IMG/VR virus record: IMGVR_UViG_3300023049_000005
Coordinates: 62,001-126,000 of that record
Direction: 5' to 3' (one strand)
Length of the DNA stretch: 64,000 nucleotides
Shown here: positions 59,923-64,000 of the stretch, in pieces
Layout of the letters: each line of letters starts with the position of its first letter
How positions within the stretch are numbered: the stretch's first letter is position 1
Notes under the pieces: generated by a model
What the model saw: the letters and a program-made list of their open reading frames with translations, nothing else
What the model was told of the DNA's origin: nothing
Database searches by the model: none
Made by a program: the position numbers and the translations under genes

Positions 59923-61647
59923 ATGCTATCAAAGGAATTCATAAAAGAGTTCAATTTCAATAATAAGTCAGGTAAGATGTCTAGTTCTAAATATGTATCA
60001 AAGAACTATGCTGCGGATTATGATATTATTATAGGTAATATTAAAGAAGATATCTCATTTAAAGAGAAAGTATATCTAACTGTTAATGATATTAACCATT
60101 CTCCTAATTGTAAGAATCCTAATTGTAATGACAAGGTAAAATTCAGAAATACTACTTTAGGGTATAGAGAGTATTGTTCTAATAAATGTATTGGTTCAGA
60201 TCCTAATATGATCAAAAGAAAAGAACAAAAGTCTTTAGAAAAGTTTGGCACAAAAACACCTGCCGAATCAGAAGTAATCAAACAAAAAATGATCAATACT
60301 AATAATAAATTATATGGTGGTAATTCTCCTATGTCAAATAAAGAAATTCAAGAGAAATCTAAGAAAACTTTAATGGGTAATTGGGGTGTAGAAAACCCTA
60401 ACAGACATAAAGATTTAACAGAAAAAAGAATTAAGAGTTTTAAAAAAAATATAGATCAGTTTAAGGCTTCTTTCAAAGAAACTAGCTTAAAGAAATATGG
60501 TGTGGAACACCATTGGATGGTTAAAGAAATACACGATAAAGGAATTAAAACTACTAATAAGAAAAAACTTCAAAAGGAAGAAACTAAAATTAAAAAGAGG
60601 ATACCAAGTGATTATAAATTACTTGGAATATTCAAAGAAAGTGAATTACATAACAGAACAAGTAGTAGGATGTTATGTAATAAGGGTCATGAATTTGTCA
60701 TAAATAATGATCTTTTATATCATAGGACAGTTAAAAACGATACAGTGATATGTACTGAATGTCATCCTCAAAATAATAGAAGTGTAAGTGGATTAGAATT
60801 ACAACTACTTAATTTCATCGAAGAAAGTTATGAAGGTGAAATCATAACTAATAATAGAACTATTATACCGCCACACGAAGTAGATATTTATCTACCTGAA
60901 ATCAAATTAGCTATTGAATTTAATGGTCTTTTTTGGCATAGTGAGATCAATAAGGACAAGTATTATCACTTCAATAAAACTAATGAAGCTGAGAAAGAAG
61001 GCATACAGATGTTACATATTTGGGAAGACGATTGGCTATTGAAGGATGATATAGTTAAATCTATGTTAAAGAATAAATTCAATAATACTCCTAATAAAGT
61101 ATTTGGTAGAAAATGTAAAATTAAAAAAGTTGGCTCTAAGGAATACAGAGAATTCTTAGATAATAATCATATACAAGGTTATTCTAATTCTACTTACTCG
61201 TATGGTTTGTATTATAACGAAAAATTAGTTAGTCTAATGACCTTTTCTAAACCAAGGAATATGATGGGACATAAAAGTAGAGATAATGTTTATGAGTTAG
61301 CTAGGTTTTGTAATAAGACTAATTACAATATAGTAGGTGGTGCTTCTAAATTATTTAAACACTTTATAAAAGAACATTCTCCTAAAGAAATATATTCTTT
61401 TAGTGATAGGTCATATTCTAATGGTAATCTTTATAAGATATTAGGGTTTGAATATAGTCACAGAAGTAAAATAAATTACCATTGGGTATTAAACAAAGAG
61501 AGAAAGCATAGATATAATTTTGCTAAACATAAACTAGTAGAAAAGGGATACGATCCCAATTTATCAGAAAGGGAAATTATGTATGAACAAGTGGGTGCTT
61601 ATAGAATATGGAATAGTGGTCAAGATAAGTGGGTTTATCACATATAG
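59923..61647 (+). mobile_element. free-standing Hef-like homing endonuclease gene (paralog of 39831..41453)
   Basis: same architecture: YCS.KC, KYGV repeats, EVDIYLP..IEFNGLFWH..HIWEDDW, GNAT-like C-terminus. Confidence 0.75.
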
Positions 61648-61990
61648 TAACCCCTATTCCTAATATCTATGTTAAGTTTAGAAAGAAGTTCTTAGTTCCT
61701 CTTACTAATACTCTTAATATGAACACAAATAGTTCTACTGCGATTACACCATAACAAAATAACCAAATATATTTCCCATAATCAGGATTCATCCCATGAT
61801 CACTGATCAATAGACCGATTACGATTTTAGTTACATAAAGCTCTAATGCGACAAATATTGAAAATGTAGCAATAGCAACAGTTCCGTTGATTATTAATTT
61901 ACATAATGTGAATAAAGTTTTCATAGTTTTTTAGTTTGTTAATACAAATATACTAAAAAATATGATAATACCAAAGAATTTATGACTTTT

Positions 61991-62371
61991 CTATATCAAG
62001 TTATTTATTATTTGATCTCTTTTTATAATCTTCTCTATATCTATTGTAGTATAGAATCCATATCGAGCATTCGATTTATATTTTTGGTAAAAGTCAATAC
62101 TCCACAGTTCACCTAATTCTGAATAAGAATTAAATATACTATATCTATTTATACCACTTAAGGCTGTTTTATCTGACCCTGTGGTTATCTTATAAACACC
62201 ACCTTTAGTTTCTCTTTCTCCAAAATCACCATAATAATACACACCATTATCAACTTCAATAGTAAATTCTAATTTATAATCTCGTGCTAAAGCACTTTTC
62301 GTTATATACTTATCTATATTATTGAAAATGGTAATAATATCCTCTGTTAGTGGTTTTCGTTTAATCTTCAT
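61991..62371 (-). CDS. hypothetical protein, paralog of 62749..63174, C-terminal motif family
   Basis: YGDFG, GINRY, YQKYK shared; ends RDQIINNLI. Confidence 0.7.
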   Translation of the reverse strand: MKIKRKPLTEDIITIFNNIDKYITKSALARDYKLEFTIEVDNGVYYYGDFGERETKGGVYKITTGSDKTALSGINRYSIFNSYSELGELWSIDFYQKYKSNARYGFYTTIDIEKIIKRDQIINNLI

Positions 62372-62759
62372 CTAAAATATTATTAATACTTAATTCTCTA
62401 TTCCTTTGTTTGATCCAACTACCATCACGTGTTACAAAGTAGTGATTGTCTTTATCCTTACCTTTTTCGAAAAAACTTATTATATGTATATCTTCCCATT
62501 CTAATTGATGGAAAATATTATAATGTTTTATATCAGATATATGAGATTGAGAAAATCCAATTCTATCTATATAATGTAAAGTGATATCGTCTACCTGATT
62601 AGTTTGGAAATTCAGAGAAAAACAATCATTAAATCCTTTCATATATCTGAAATTAGAAACATTCCAAAGATTACCTTCTGTGTATATACACATATAATTA
62701 ATCCTATCTGATATAGTGTTCAATATATCTTCGTTTATATTTTCTGTTCTAATGTTCAT
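62361..62759 (-). CDS. hypothetical protein, C-terminal motif family
   Basis: ends RELSINNILDED. Confidence 0.7.
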   Translation of the reverse strand: MNIRTENINEDILNTISDRINYMCIYTEGNLWNVSNFRYMKGFNDCFSLNFQTNQVDDITLHYIDRIGFSQSHISDIKHYNIFHQLEWEDIHIISFFEKGKDKDNHYFVTRDGSWIKQRNRELSINNILDED

Positions 62760-63174
62760 CTAAGATATTATTTATGATATTATCTCTATTTAAAATAGTA
62801 AATATGTTAGTCTGCGTATAAAATTTTATTTTAGGTCTTGTTTTATATTTTTGATACAGCATTATAACTGTATAAGTCTCATCATTAAGTGCGTGACGTA
62901 CTGACAACGTATATCTATTTAAACCCTTAATTGTTTTGGGGTTTATGTTAATGCTTTCGGGTATAGTAGTTACCATAAAAAGGTCACCTTTATTTTCTGA
63001 TAACTTACCATAATCACCATATACATAATCTTTGGTATCCTTTGTATAACCAATATTAATTTTATCTTTAAGTTTAAAGTCACATATACTATAATTGAGG
63101 TAATGATCTCTTACTTTATTATAAAGGTCAATATTTGTAATAATATCTAAGAAGTCTGTTGTTATCTTTTTCAT
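62749..63174 (-). CDS. hypothetical protein, C-terminal motif family
   Basis: ends RDNIINNILDEH. Confidence 0.7.
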   Translation of the reverse strand: MKKITTDFLDIITNIDLYNKVRDHYLNYSICDFKLKDKINIGYTKDTKDYVYGDYGKLSENKGDLFMVTTIPESININPKTIKGLNRYTLSVRHALNDETYTVIMLYQKYKTRPKIKFYTQTNIFTILNRDNIINNILDEH

Positions 63175-63491
63175 GATAGTAAAGAATTTAAAATGAGATC
63201 TCTTTTGATTATTTTTTCTATATCGATATTAAAATCCATATCCCCCATGAGTTTATCGTTAATATCATAAAATTCAATGTGTTTTTGGTCTAATATAATA
63301 CTAATAATGTTATGTATCTTTGTCTCATGGTAAGGGTGTTCATTCATTTTGATTGTTATTTGACAGAACATCCCTTTTTTTGACCAACTAAGCCTAGCAG
63401 AATTTTTTGTGTTTACATTATACCAAAAATATTGAAAATTAGAATCAATCATTTTTATTATAGGTATAGTCAGCTTAATCTTTTCTTTCAT
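63171..63491 (-). CDS. hypothetical protein, C-terminal motif family
   Basis: ends RDLILNSLLS. Confidence 0.7.
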   Translation of the reverse strand: MKEKIKLTIPIIKMIDSNFQYFWYNVNTKNSARLSWSKKGMFCQITIKMNEHPYHETKIHNIISIILDQKHIEFYDINDKLMGDMDFNIDIEKIIKRDLILNSLLS

Positions 63492-63645
63492 CTAAATGTT
63501 GTTTCATCCATTTATTATATTCGTCAAAGTTAAAGATTTTTTTCTCATTATCAAACCCGCACTTATGACATAAATAAGGATGATCATCATCGGACTTTAT
63601 TTCCCATGACCAACTACATTTACTACATATTACTTTACTTTCCAT
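63475..63645 (-). CDS. unannotated 56-aa zinc-ribbon protein
   Basis: MESKVICSKCSWSW...PYLCHKCG... Confidence 0.6.
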   Translation of the reverse strand: MESKVICSKCSWSWEIKSDDDHPYLCHKCGFDNEKKIFNFDEYNKWMKQHLDERKD

Positions 63646-63690
63646 GTAGTATATAGTAAAAAAACACTTTTATAAAATAATATATATTTT

Positions 63691-63972
63691 ATGAGAAAAT
63701 TAACCAATGAAAAATCTATATCTAAGGTGGATAGTGTACACAAAGGTTTATATAAATATGATAAAACTAATTATGATATGTGTATAGAATATGATGGTAT
63801 CCAACATTATAAACCTGTAGATTTTTTTGGAGGAATAAAAACACTTAAGGATATTAAAAAAAGAGACAATATAAAAACAAAATATTGTCAAGAAAACAAT
63901 ATAAAATTAATAAGAATCCCTTATAATAAAGAGGTTATAGAGTTAATGGAAAGTATTAATTTTAATATATAG
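63691..63972 (+). pseudogene. internally deleted homing endonuclease remnant
   Basis: N-terminal VH...YKY repeat joined directly to CIEYDGIQHY...RD.IK..YC...NI.LIRIPY, lacking the upstream catalytic Asp segment. Confidence 0.55.
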
Positions 63973-64000
63973 AGTATAGAAAATAAAAAAAAATTAAGAT

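Noticed and set aside
1-64000. Stop-codon reassignment to explain the in-frame stops
   Set aside because: Core genes are intact under the standard code, TAA, TAG and TGA all end genes normally, the lesions involve different stops, and no suppressor tRNA is present

Overview
An AT-rich 64 kb segment of a large T4-like (myovirus-type) jumbo phage genome read in the standard genetic code. The host is most likely Bacteroidota, judged from TTTG-N19-TAnnTTTG host-type promoters and no evident Shine-Dalgarno sites. It holds the core head and tail genes (portal, protease-scaffold fusion, major capsid, gp2/gp4-like, tail sheath), only the C-terminal half of a terminase that begins with a split-intein C-fragment, gp32 SSB, a gp55-like late sigma, an ECF sigma, a DinG-like helicase, purine enzymes (prs, purA, GMP reductase/IMPDH family), ClpS, a tmRNA and eight tRNAs. 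The main discovery is the tRNA locus (10.5-11.8 kb). Each of its two tRNA blocks is preceded by a short unannotated leader peptide and a terminator/antiterminator pair, and the codons enriched in each leader match the tRNAs behind it (His-rich leader before two tRNA-His; Lys/Phe-rich leader before four tRNA-Lys and two tRNA-Phe). This looks like ribosome-mediated attenuation that switches on replacement tRNAs when those tRNAs are depleted. Other notable patterns: a shared C-terminal R[DE]xx[IL]xx[ILV]L peptide on about 13 unrelated small proteins, a T4 capsid-targeting-like N-terminal peptide on about 11 late proteins, promoter motifs fixed 4 nt before ATG (probably leaderless mRNAs), and phased TAGC repeats in front of both sigma genes and gp32. 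All assignments come from reading the sequence; no database searches were run.
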